Notes under the pieces: generated by a model | What the model was told of the DNA's origin: nothing | Seen by the model: only the letters and a program-made list of their open reading frames with translations | Database searches by the model: none | Translations under genes and position numbers: made by a program | Shown: positions 53,848 to 62,197 of the stretch, in pieces | Layout: each line of letters begins with the position of its first letter | Position numbering within the stretch: the first letter of the stretch is position 1 | Assembly: GCA_035265325.1 (NCBI GenBank) | Contig: DATFOS010000172.1 | Location: 5,653 to 69,652, forward strand | Reading direction: 5' to 3' | DNA: 64,000 nucleotides | Origin: Acidimicrobiales bacterium | GTDB taxonomy: Bacteria; Actinomycetota; Acidimicrobiia; Acidimicrobiales; VFJN01

Positions 53848-54065
53848 CGGCCGGCACGCCCCTCCCCACCGAGGCGTCGCCCGAGGGCCCGTCCGGGCAG
53901 TGCCGAACGGCCCTACCGGCACCGGGCGGTCGGGCAGATCCTGGAGGCGGAAAGCGACCTGCCATGGCCACGATCCCGGCCGACGCGCCCACCGCTATCG
54001 ATGACTGACCACGCCGGGCCGGGAGACCGCCAGGTGCCCGGCCTCACCGGACCGAAAGGCCTGCC

Positions 54066-54719
54066 GTGACCATCCGTGTGTTCCTGCTCGACGACCACGA
54101 GCTCGTCCGAGCCGGCGTGCGTGACCTGATCGAGACCGACGGCGACATCGAGGTCGTCGGCGAGGCCGGCACCGTGGACGAGGCCATCCGCCGCGTGCCC
54201 GCCACGAGGCCCGACGTCGCCATCCTCGACGTGCGGCTGCCCGACGGCAACGGCGTCGAGGCGTGCCGCGACATCCGCTCGTCGCACCCCGAGGTGCGGT
54301 GCCTGATGCTCACGTCGTACTCCGACGACGACGCCCTGTTCGACGCCATCATGGCCGGCGCCTCCGGCTACCTCCTCAAGCAGGTGCGCTCGAATGACCT
54401 GATCGAGAGCGTCCGCCGGGTCGCCGCCGGCCAGTCCCTGCTCGACCCCGCCCTCACCGCCACGGTGCTGGAACGCATGCGGAACCCCCCGCAGCAGGAC
54501 GAGCAGCTCAAGCGCCTCACCGAGCAGGAGCGCCGCATCCTCGACCTGCTTGCCGAGGGCCTGACCAACCGCCAGATCGGCGAGCGGCTGTTCCTCGCCG
54601 AGAAGACCGTCAAGAACTACGTGTCCAACCTGCTGCTCAAGCTGGGCATGCACCGGCGCACCGAGGCGGCCGTCTACGCCGCCCGCATCGCCGAGCGCCG
54701 CGACCGCCACGCCACCTGA
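54066..54719 (+). CDS. devR: NarL/LuxR-family response regulator, DevR/DosR ortholog
   Basis: VFLLDDHELVR, PDVAILDVRLPDGNG (phospho-Asp), LTEQERRILDLLAEGLTNRQIGERLFLAEKTVKNYVSNLLLKLG. About 60 percent identical by eye to recalled DosR. Confidence 0.8.
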   Translation: MTIRVFLLDDHELVRAGVRDLIETDGDIEVVGEAGTVDEAIRRVPATRPDVAILDVRLPDGNGVEACRDIRSSHPEVRCLMLTSYSDDDALFDAIMAGASGYLLKQVRSNDLIESVRRVAAGQSLLDPALTATVLERMRNPPQQDEQLKRLTEQERRILDLLAEGLTNRQIGERLFLAEKTVKNYVSNLLLKLGMHRRTEAAVYAARIAERRDRHAT

Positions 54720-54833
54720 CCGGCCGGGTGCCGCCCCCGGGGCGCCGCTACGGCGGCGGGCTGGTCGGCCGAGGGCGGGAGCCGGGGCGGGCCGGCCGGG
54801 CGTCCGGGCCGGGCCGCGGCGGCGCGAGGAGGT

Positions 54834-55286
54834 TCATCCGGACCACTCCATGTGGCCGTCGGCTCGCTGCGGGACCGGCTCGCCGGCCCGGGTGCGCCGG
54901 CCGGAGACGACGTGGGTGGTGATGCCGACGAAGCGCCCGTCCGTCCCGGACGCCCACGCGGCCAGGCGATCCCGATCGTGGGCCGGGACGTCGCTCGCCG
55001 GCACGTCGACGGCGAGGCCGGTGACCACGACGCTCCAGCCGCTGCGGTCGTGACGGTCGATGTCGTCGGCCTCGAACGCTACGACCGTGTCGCGGGTGGC
55101 GAGGTCGAGAAGCGTGCCGCGGGCGGTGTGGAGGACGATCCGGTCGCCCACGACGGCGAAGTCGACCGGAACGACGAGCGGCAACGCCCCGGACGACAGG
55201 CCGATGCGCCCGACGTGGGCGCAACGGAGCAGGTCCAGGCACTGCGTGCGGTCGAGGACCTCCAGGCCGTTGCGGTCGATCTCCAT
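54834..55286 (-). CDS. PPOX family FMN/F420-binding protein
   Basis: QCLDLLRCAHVGRIGLSSGALPLVVPVDFAV, SGWSVVVTGLA. DosR-type box 37 nt upstream. Confidence 0.75.
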   Translation of the reverse strand: MEIDRNGLEVLDRTQCLDLLRCAHVGRIGLSSGALPLVVPVDFAVVGDRIVLHTARGTLLDLATRDTVVAFEADDIDRHDRSGWSVVVTGLAVDVPASDVPAHDRDRLAAWASGTDGRFVGITTHVVSGRRTRAGEPVPQRADGHMEWSG

Positions 55287-55323
55287 GGGCCCCAGCGTGC
55301 GCCGGGCGCCGGGCGGCCGATCA

Positions 55324-55337
55324 GGGCCGAAGGTCCC
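55324..55337. promoter_or_regulatory. DosR/DevR-type box upstream of the PPOX gene 54834..55286
   Basis: The minus strand reads GGGACCTTCGGCCC, 37 nt upstream of the start. The 14-mer is identical to the box at 62149. Confidence 0.5.
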
Positions 55338-55349
55338 AAGGCCTGATGG

Positions 55350-56630
55350 TCACAGGTAACCGAGCCGCTGGGCGTCGCCGGTGAGCTCGTCCCGGAACGC
55401 CGGGTGGGCGATGGCGATCAGCGCGCGGGACCGCTGGGCGATGGAGCGGCCCCGCATGTCCGCCACGCCGTACTCGGTGACGATGTGGTCGACCGTGTTC
55501 TTCAGGGTCGTGACCATGGAGCCCTGGGTGAGCGTCGCCCGGATGCGCGACACCTTGCCGCCCGCCGCCGTCGAGGGCAGGACCACGAAGGCCCGGCCGT
55601 CCCGCGAGTACATCGCGCCGCGGGCGAAATCGGCCTGCCCTCCGCTCGACGACCAGTAGCGCCCCGCCACGGTCTCGGACGCGCACTGCCCGACGAGGTC
55701 GACCTCGGTGGTGGCGTTGATCGAGACGAAGCAGTCCTCCTCGGCGATCACCCGCGGGTCGTTGACGAAGTCCACCGGCAGCAGCTCGACCGCCGGGTTC
55801 TCGTGGAGGAAGTCGTAGAGGCGCTCCGTGCCGAGCGCGAACGTCGTCACCACCTTCCCCGGCGCCAGCGTCTTGCGGGTGCCGTTCACCACGCCCTTCT
55901 CGACCAGGTCGATCATCCCGTCCGACAGCAGCTCGGTGTGGACGCCCAGGTCGCGGTGGCCGGCCAGGCCCGCCAGCAGGGCATTCGGGATCGACCCGAT
56001 CCCGGCCTGGATGGTCGCCCCGTCCGGGATGCGCTCCACCACGTGGCCGGCGATGCGACGGTCGACGGCGGACGGCTCGGCGGGCGGCACCTCGACCAGC
56101 GGCCGGTCGACCGCCGTCCAGCCCGCCACCTGGCTGACGTGAAGCTGGTTGCGCCCGAACGTCCGGGGCATCCGGGCGTTGACCTCGAGGAAGAACGGCA
56201 CCTTCCCCACGAACGGCGCCACGTAGTCGCAGTTCGTCCCGAGCGAGAAGTAGCCGTGGCGGTCCATGCGCGACGCCGCCGCCACGACCAGCGAGCACGA
56301 CGTCGTCTCCCGCAGGAGCCGGGGCACCTCGCTGAAGTTGTTGGGCACCAGCTCCAGCTGGCGGGCGTGGAAGGCCGGCCGGGTCACCGGCGACAGGAAG
56401 TACGAGACGTGCGTCAGCCGGCCCGGGTAGGCGCCGTGCAGGTAGGGCCGGTCGTACAGGGCGTGCATCTGGTGCACCCGCACGTGCGCGAACCGACCGG
56501 CGGCGGCCCCGGCCTCGAGGGCGTCGAGCACCGAGACCGGCTCGCCGTTCGCCAGCGGGACGATCACGTCCGCCCCGTCGGTCACCAGCTCGAGGACGGT
56601 GTCCGGTGTCGTCGGGGTACCTCCGGTCAT
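55350..56630 (-). CDS. acetyl-CoA hydrolase/transferase family protein (4-hydroxybutyrate CoA-transferase-like)
   Basis: GATIQAGIGSIPNALL, HTELLSDG, INATTEVDLVGQ, SSSGGQADF. Confidence 0.8.
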   Translation of the reverse strand: MTGGTPTTPDTVLELVTDGADVIVPLANGEPVSVLDALEAGAAAGRFAHVRVHQMHALYDRPYLHGAYPGRLTHVSYFLSPVTRPAFHARQLELVPNNFSEVPRLLRETTSCSLVVAAASRMDRHGYFSLGTNCDYVAPFVGKVPFFLEVNARMPRTFGRNQLHVSQVAGWTAVDRPLVEVPPAEPSAVDRRIAGHVVERIPDGATIQAGIGSIPNALLAGLAGHRDLGVHTELLSDGMIDLVEKGVVNGTRKTLAPGKVVTTFALGTERLYDFLHENPAVELLPVDFVNDPRVIAEEDCFVSINATTEVDLVGQCASETVAGRYWSSSGGQADFARGAMYSRDGRAFVVLPSTAAGGKVSRIRATLTQGSMVTTLKNTVDHIVTEYGVADMRGRSIAQRSRALIAIAHPAFRDELTGDAQRLGYL

Positions 56631-57346
56631 CCCGCCATCTTGGCGCCCGTCGCCCCGTCCGGCGCAGCCGTCGCCTCGGCCCGGGCCTTCAGGTTGAGCA
56701 GCATCCGGCGCTCCATCAGGAAAGCACCGGGGTCGGCGAGCAGCCCCCACACGACGGCGCCGAGCGAGCGCGGGGGCGGCAGACGGAAGCGACTGAGCAG
56801 CCGGCTGCGGCCCCGGCCGGTCGCGGTGAGGCGCAGGCACCAGGTCGTGCCGTCGGGGGCCTGGCTTAGCATGAGCTCCCCGGGCACGACGAGCCGGATC
56901 GTGAAGCCCATGTCCGGCGTCATCAGGATCGTGTCGCCCACCGCCAGGCGCTGCAGGCGGGGATCGAGGTCGTCGGCGCTCGGATGGCCGTCGTTGTCGA
57001 TCCAGTCGTAGCTGTACCAACCGCCACGGCCCCACCCCAGCTGGACCAGCCACGGCCACACGTCGGTGGGCAGGGCGTCGATCGTGACCGCCCGGTCGCT
57101 CTGGTGGGCGGTCCCCGGCAGGAGCTCGTCGCCCGGCAGGCTGTGGCGGGCCTCGTCGAGCGTCGACCCCCAGCGGCGGTGCCACGGCCCGACATAGAGC
57201 CGGTAGCCGTTGAGGACGACGATCAGGCCGATGAGGAGGGCCCAGCCGCCGGCGTCGCCGCCGAGCACGACGAGCAGCGCGCCGGCCGCGAGCGCGGCGG
57301 CGAGGCCGGCCAGCACGATCAGGACGATGGTGCGTCGGGTGTGCAC
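56627..57346 (-). CDS. membrane-anchored SRPBCC (polyketide-cyclase-like) family protein
   Basis: Two N-terminal hydrophobic helices, then VWPWLVQLGWGRGGWYSYDWID. GGAGGAG RBS before GTG 57346. ATGA overlap with the downstream gene. Confidence 0.7.
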   Translation of the reverse strand: MHTRRTIVLIVLAGLAAALAAGALLVVLGGDAGGWALLIGLIVVLNGYRLYVGPWHRRWGSTLDEARHSLPGDELLPGTAHQSDRAVTIDALPTDVWPWLVQLGWGRGGWYSYDWIDNDGHPSADDLDPRLQRLAVGDTILMTPDMGFTIRLVVPGELMLSQAPDGTTWCLRLTATGRGRSRLLSRFRLPPPRSLGAVVWGLLADPGAFLMERRMLLNLKARAEATAAPDGATGAKMAG

Positions 57347-57362
57347 CGTGGGCTCCTCCCGC

Positions 57363-58145
57363 TCAGCCGGGGGCCGGGACGACGAGGACGGGGTGCGGCG
57401 CGTGCCGGACCACGGCGCGTGCGACGGCGCCGAGCGGCGGGTGGCCCGGGCCGGCCCGGTGCGCCGGCCCGCCACCGCCGACCACGACCAGGGGGGCGTC
57501 CATCTCGGCCGCTGCCACGAGGATGCCCTCGGCCGCGTCGTCGCCCTCCATCAGGTCCCAGTGGGCGTCGATGCCGTCCGCCTGCAGGGCCGCCCAGGCC
57601 GCAGCCGCCGGCCGGCCCGCCGCCCGGTCCTCGGCGGCGTCGACGACCTGCAGGACGCGCACCTTCACGTCGAGGGCGGCGGCCCAGGCACAGGCTGCCG
57701 CGGCAACGCCGGCGGACGACGGCGAGTCGTCGACGCAGGCCAGGAGGCTGGCGACGTGGGGTCGGGCGCGGCGCACCTCGGGCCCGACGAGCACGATCGG
57801 CCCGTCGCGGCGGAGCAGCTCGTTGGCGACGCTGTGGAAGACCAGGTCGGCGGCCGGGCCGCGCACATGGGTGGCGACGCAGAGTGTGGCGTCCCGGGCC
57901 GTCGCCTCGGCGAGGATGCCGGCGGCGACGTGGTCGTCGGCGGTGACGTGGATGGCGTCGAGTCGCACGCCCGCGTGGCGGGCGTGCCACAGGAGCTCCT
58001 CGGCGTCGTCGTCGGCCGAGGCGGCGCCGGAGACGACGACCCCCTCGAGGCGGGCACCGGTGGCGTCCGCGAGGGAGCGGCCGACCGGCAGGGCCCGGTC
58101 GGCCTCCTCGCCGAAGTCCAGCGGGACGAGGATGGTGCGGGTCAT
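57363..58145 (-). CDS. tandem universal stress protein
   Basis: TILVPLDFGEEADRAL and LLACVDDSPSS units, each ending in PxVLVxP-type strands. ATG 58145 forms ATGA with the CBS stop. GTG 58154 is an alternative. Confidence 0.75.
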   Translation of the reverse strand: MTRTILVPLDFGEEADRALPVGRSLADATGARLEGVVVSGAASADDDAEELLWHARHAGVRLDAIHVTADDHVAAGILAEATARDATLCVATHVRGPAADLVFHSVANELLRRDGPIVLVGPEVRRARPHVASLLACVDDSPSSAGVAAAACAWAAALDVKVRVLQVVDAAEDRAAGRPAAAAWAALQADGIDAHWDLMEGDDAAEGILVAAAEMDAPLVVVGGGGPAHRAGPGHPPLGAVARAVVRHAPHPVLVVPAPG

Positions 58146-58591
58146 CGTGGCCACCTCACGCGCTCTCCGAAGCCGCCGACCAGGAGGAGCACGCCTTCCG
58201 GAGGGAAGGCCTGGAGCAGGACGGCGAGGAGGTCCCGGATCGAGACGACGCCCACCGCCCGGCCGCCCTGGACCACCACCAGGTGGCGGACGCCCTCGTC
58301 CAGCATGCGGGCGGCGGCGGCCACGACCGTGGCGTCGCGGTCGACCGTGGCCGGGCGGGGCGTGGCGAGCTCGGCCGTCAGCGTGTCGGGGGCCCGCCCG
58401 TCGGCGACCGCCGCCGTCACGTCCCGCTCGGTGAGGATGGTCACGAGTGCTCCGGGCGTCCCGACCACCAGGGCCGACACGCCCTCCTGCCGCATGGTCC
58501 GGGCGGCGATGCGGAGCGACGCCTCGGGCTCGATCGTGACGAGCGGCCGGAACGGCAGGTCCCGCACCAGCGGCACGTCGGTGGCGGTCAT
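58142..58591 (-). CDS. CBS-pair domain protein (Hrp1/Rv2626c-like)
   Basis: Two CBS repeats (GVSALVV...TERDV and GVRHLVVV...SIRDLL). ATG 58591 is preferred because GAGGAGGA lies 7-8 nt upstream. Confidence 0.75.
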   Translation of the reverse strand: MTATDVPLVRDLPFRPLVTIEPEASLRIAARTMRQEGVSALVVGTPGALVTILTERDVTAAVADGRAPDTLTAELATPRPATVDRDATVVAAAARMLDEGVRHLVVVQGGRAVGVVSIRDLLAVLLQAFPPEGVLLLVGGFGERVRWPR

Positions 58592-58628
58592 GGTGGTTCC
58601 TCCTCGTTGCGTCATTCCGGCGGGCCTG

Positions 58629-60116
58629 TCACCCGGCCGGCTCGACCACGACCGCGGTGACCATGCCGAACATGCCGGTCTCCCGCTCGACGTGGTTCAG
58701 GATGTGGCAGTGCCAGACCCAGGTGCCGGGCCTGTCCAGGTGGACGAGCACCGAGTACCGCTCCCCCGGCGCCACGTTGACCGTGTCGGCCACGTAGGGG
58801 TTGTCCAGGGGGTACCCGTCCTTGGCCACGACCACCTGGTCGAACTGGTGGAGGTGCATGGGATGGATCTGGCTGCCCTCGTTCATGTAGTGGACGAGGA
58901 CCCAGTCGCCCTCGTCGGCGACGATCGGCGTGGTGGCCGGGAAGCTCTTGCCGTTGAGCGACAAGCCGATGACCCCGCTGTCGTTGAGCACGAGCGGCAT
59001 CTCCTGGCTCACGCGCAGGTCGGCGGGGATGGCCTCGTCGCCGATGGTCTGGCCGCGGTGCAGGTCCATCCGGCCCACGAGCAGGGTGCCGAGCAGCCCG
59101 TTCGGGACCTGCATCTGGCCGTGGTGGTGGGCGTGGTACATCGCCACCGCGGCCTCGTCGGCGGTGAAATCGTAGGTGAACGACTCACCGGGCTCGATCG
59201 ACGGCTGGGTCAGCGGGGCGACGCCGTCCATGTCGTTCTCCACGTTGATGCCGTGGAGGTGCAGGTCGGTCGCCATGGGGAGGTCGTTCTGCAGCTCGAT
59301 GCGCACCCGGTCGCCGACGTCCACCGCGATCTGGGGGCCGGGGACCATGCCGTTGTACGTCCAGGCGTCGACCGTGGTGCCCGGCTCGACCTCCCACGGC
59401 GTGATCTCGGCAGTGAGCTCGAAAACCTTGGTGCCGTCGGCCTCGACCCGGGGCTCGAGGACCTGGTTGCCGACGCCCTCGGTCTCGGCCGGGTAGGCCA
59501 GGATCGACTCGTCCATCGCCGCGCTCATCTCGGCGTACTGCTCCTCCGTCATCGTGTCGCCGCCGGCGGCCGACGAGCCGCTGTCGGACATGGCCGACAT
59601 GTCGTGGCCGGCGGAGGACATCGAGGCGCCGTCGCCGCCGGCTGCGCCGCCGATCGTGAGCGTGCCGGTCATGCCCGAGTCGGCGTGGCCGGCGATCGTG
59701 CACAGCACGTCGTAGTCACCGGGTGCCAGGCCCGACAGGTCGAGCGTCTCGCTCTCGCCGCCGGCCAGGTCGGCCGTGACGACGTCGGTGCCTTCGACCG
59801 AGAAGTTGTGGGCGGCGGTCCCGCCGTTCGTCACGGTCAGGCTGCCGCCCTCCGGCACGGTGATGGCGGCCGGGCTGATGGCGAACTCGCTCAGCGACAC
59901 GGTCACGGGGGTGCCGGCGCCGCCGGCCGTCCCGCCGTCGTCGTCGCCGCCCAGCAGCGCCACGACCGTGGCGATGAGCAGGGCCAGCACGGCGAGGACC
60001 ACGGCGAACCCGGCGAGCCCGAGGTTGCCCTCGTTCTCCGGCGCCGTCCGGGGGGAGGGCCGGGGCGGGTCACCGCTGCCATCGCCTGCCGTGACGGGGG
60101 GCTCGATCGTCTGCAC
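58629..60116 (-). CDS. membrane-anchored cupredoxin fused to a two-domain multicopper oxidase via a Met/Ser/Gly-rich linker
   Basis: TM helix. Type-1 Cu site HNF...CTIAGHADSGM. Linker MSSAGHDMSAMSDSG. MCO motifs HLHG, YHAHHH, HPMHLH, WHCHILNHVERETGM. GAGGAG RBS before GTG 60116. Confidence 0.75.
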   Translation of the reverse strand: MQTIEPPVTAGDGSGDPPRPSPRTAPENEGNLGLAGFAVVLAVLALLIATVVALLGGDDDGGTAGGAGTPVTVSLSEFAISPAAITVPEGGSLTVTNGGTAAHNFSVEGTDVVTADLAGGESETLDLSGLAPGDYDVLCTIAGHADSGMTGTLTIGGAAGGDGASMSSAGHDMSAMSDSGSSAAGGDTMTEEQYAEMSAAMDESILAYPAETEGVGNQVLEPRVEADGTKVFELTAEITPWEVEPGTTVDAWTYNGMVPGPQIAVDVGDRVRIELQNDLPMATDLHLHGINVENDMDGVAPLTQPSIEPGESFTYDFTADEAAVAMYHAHHHGQMQVPNGLLGTLLVGRMDLHRGQTIGDEAIPADLRVSQEMPLVLNDSGVIGLSLNGKSFPATTPIVADEGDWVLVHYMNEGSQIHPMHLHQFDQVVVAKDGYPLDNPYVADTVNVAPGERYSVLVHLDRPGTWVWHCHILNHVERETGMFGMVTAVVVEPAG

Positions 60117-60222
60117 GGGGGGGTTTCTCCTCGTCTCGGTCCCGCCGGGGGCGGCGGGAGGGCTGTTCTCACGGTGCGCCGACGGTGGGGCCGGCCGGCA
60201 GGGGCAGCCGGCCCGCCGGATC

Positions 60223-60236
60223 GGGACCTTGGTCCC
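60223..60236. promoter_or_regulatory. DosR/DevR-type box upstream of the multicopper oxidase operon
   Basis: GGGACCTTGGTCCC is the exact reverse complement of the box at 48330, so it has the same orientation relative to its gene. Confidence 0.6.
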
Positions 60237-60243
60237 GGCGCGA

Positions 60244-61422
60244 TCAGGGACGGACGGCCTCGGCCGCGGCCTGGTGGGCAACGCAGAAGCGGGCGGCCGG
60301 GACGGCCACGAGGCGCTCGTCCGGGATGACGACGTTGCAGGCCTCGCAGCGGCCGTAGGCGCCGCGGGCCAGGCGGAGCAGGGCGTCGCGCACGGCGGCG
60401 ACCTCGCCGTCCACCTCGTGGAGCAGCGAGAGGTCCCGCGTGCGCTCGAACGTCTCCGTGCCCAGGTCGGCCGGGTGCTGGTCGGCGCCGCTCAGCTCCC
60501 CGACGTCCTGGCACTCGGTCATGGCGTCGAGGCCCTCGCCCCACAGTGTCCGCTGCACCGCCCGGAGGCGGTGCAACTCCGCCACCAGGCGCCGGCGGGC
60601 GATCGACGGTTCGGCGAGCGACGGCGGGGCGTCGACCGGCACCACGACGCCGTGGCCGCCGTCCCAGCGCCGGTACACGACCATCGCCCGATCGGTCGTG
60701 GGGTCCACCACGACGACGAAGGGCTCGCCGCTCAGCTCCAGGCGTTCGGCGGCCGCCGCCGGGTCGAGGACGGGCGGCGGCGGCTCGATCACGACCTCCT
60801 CGTCGACGCACCGCACGGCCTCGGCGGCCGGCGCCCGGCCGTCGTGGCGGACGAGGCCCAGTCGGCCGTCGCCGCGGTGGTGCACGACGGCGTCGGCGCC
60901 GGTCCCGAGCTCGCGGAACAGCAGGAACTCGCCGTCGAGCATCTCGAGGTCGAAGACGGCCTCGTCCAGCGTGGACTCCGCCGGCGACAGGGTCCGGCGG
61001 CGCACGACGGGCCGCTCGGGCGGCTCTCGCTCGGCCCGGGCGGCGGCGTGGGCCGGCGCCCCCCACGACCGCGCCGGCCGGCGCCCGCTCCGGTGCCGCT
61101 CGCCGAGACGGACCAGCTGGTCGTGGAGCCGTGCCTGGGCGACATCGACGGCCGCCAGGGCGGTGGCGCCCAGGGCGTGCGCCCGGACGACCCGGCCGTC
61201 GACGTCCATGGTCGCCCGCGCCGTCCACCGGTGGTCGTCCGACGGGTCGTCCGACCGGGCCACGCGCAGCCCGACGTGGATGACGGGCGCGGGGGCGACC
61301 CGGACGAGCCGCCGCAACTTGGTCGTGGCGTACGCCTCCACGATGGACGGCGTCCCGACGCCGAGTCGAAGCTCGACGGGCGGCGGCGGTGGCGGCCGGT
61401 CGCGGCGTGAGGTGATCGTCAT
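60244..61422 (-). CDS. Rv0079-like ribosome-hibernation-factor homolog with C-terminal TraR/DksA-type zinc finger
   Basis: N-terminal HPF-like fold and two S30AE-C-like repeats (FLLFRELGTGADAVVHHRGDGRLGLV and FVVVVDPTTDRAMVVYRRWDGGHGVV), then GAYGRCEACNVVIPDERLVAVPAARFCVAH. AGGAGGG RBS before ATG 61422. Confidence 0.7.
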   Translation of the reverse strand: MTITSRRDRPPPPPPVELRLGVGTPSIVEAYATTKLRRLVRVAPAPVIHVGLRVARSDDPSDDHRWTARATMDVDGRVVRAHALGATALAAVDVAQARLHDQLVRLGERHRSGRRPARSWGAPAHAAARAEREPPERPVVRRRTLSPAESTLDEAVFDLEMLDGEFLLFRELGTGADAVVHHRGDGRLGLVRHDGRAPAAEAVRCVDEEVVIEPPPPVLDPAAAAERLELSGEPFVVVVDPTTDRAMVVYRRWDGGHGVVVPVDAPPSLAEPSIARRRLVAELHRLRAVQRTLWGEGLDAMTECQDVGELSGADQHPADLGTETFERTRDLSLLHEVDGEVAAVRDALLRLARGAYGRCEACNVVIPDERLVAVPAARFCVAHQAAAEAVRP

Positions 61423-61481
61423 GTAACCCTCCTGAGGTCGAGCGGATCGGTGGAGGTCGGGGCCGGGTGGGCGACGGGCCG

Positions 61482-62090
61482 TCAGGCCACGCACGAGATC
61501 GAGATGGACTCGTCGTCGACGCCGGCGGCGCGGAAGGCTTGGTGGATCCGGGCGGCGATGGCGCCGTCCGACGTCGACGCCGCCGCAGGGCGGTGCACCA
61601 CGACCCGCAGGTCCCGCCCGCGCCGGTCGACCGCGGCCCGCACGTCGCCGCCCGCCCCCTGCAGGCCGTCGTCGACGACGCGCCGGGTGACGATGGCGGC
61701 GGTGGCGGCCAGGTCGTTGAGGTGCCGGCGGACCGCGTCCTCGCAGGCGTCCACGACGTCGCCGTCGCTCACGGCCACGGTGGTCCAGCGGGCGAAGGGG
61801 TTGGGCCAGCCGGCGCCGTGGACGACGAGGGGCACGTGCCGGCGGACGGCGCACGTCGTGCCCTGCTCATGGACCACCGGGTGCGGCTCGTCCTCGGACC
61901 GGACGTCGACCGCGACGTCGACGCCGCCGGGCAGGTCGAGCGGGCAGGCATCCCGGTCGAGCCCGACGCAGGGGCGGGACGGCCCGGCGTCGCGGTCGAA
62001 GCACCGCACGACCTCGTGGCCGGCGGCTCCCAGGCGGGCGGCCGTGGCGTCGGCGAGGCCCGGCGTCGTCTCGATGCAGAGTATGCGCAT
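61482..62090 (-). CDS. hypothetical Cys-rich protein (202 aa)
   Basis: High GC3 in frame and ordinary composition. Begins MRILCIETTPGLADATAARLGAAGHEVVRCF. Seven Cys residues. No family recognised. Confidence 0.55.
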   Translation of the reverse strand: MRILCIETTPGLADATAARLGAAGHEVVRCFDRDAGPSRPCVGLDRDACPLDLPGGVDVAVDVRSEDEPHPVVHEQGTTCAVRRHVPLVVHGAGWPNPFARWTTVAVSDGDVVDACEDAVRRHLNDLAATAAIVTRRVVDDGLQGAGGDVRAAVDRRGRDLRVVVHRPAAASTSDGAIAARIHQAFRAAGVDDESISISCVA

Positions 62091-62148
62091 GCCGGCACGG
62101 TGGGCCACCGATGGGGTGCAGCGGCAGGGCACAGCTTCCGCGCCCGCC

Positions 62149-62162
62149 GGGACCTTCGGCCC
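62149..62162. promoter_or_regulatory. DosR/DevR-type box in the divergent region between 61482..62090 and the zinc-finger-USP gene
   Basis: GGGACCTTCGGCCC lies 35 nt upstream of ATG 62198. Confidence 0.5.
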
Positions 62163-62197
62163 TGCCGCGCCGGGCCCTTCGGAGGGAGGATCGACGC

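Noticed and set aside
53875-53915. Imperfect inverted repeat GAGGGCCCGT...ACGGCCCTAC after the PPOX gene, considered as a terminator.
   Set aside because: The stem has a bulge, the loop is 14 nt and there is no U-tract. This is too weak to call.
54049-54061. GGACCGAAAGGCC upstream of devR as a possible autoregulatory DosR box.
   Set aside because: The half-site spacing and symmetry do not match the other boxes, and the AAAGG part is better explained as the ribosome-binding site of devR.
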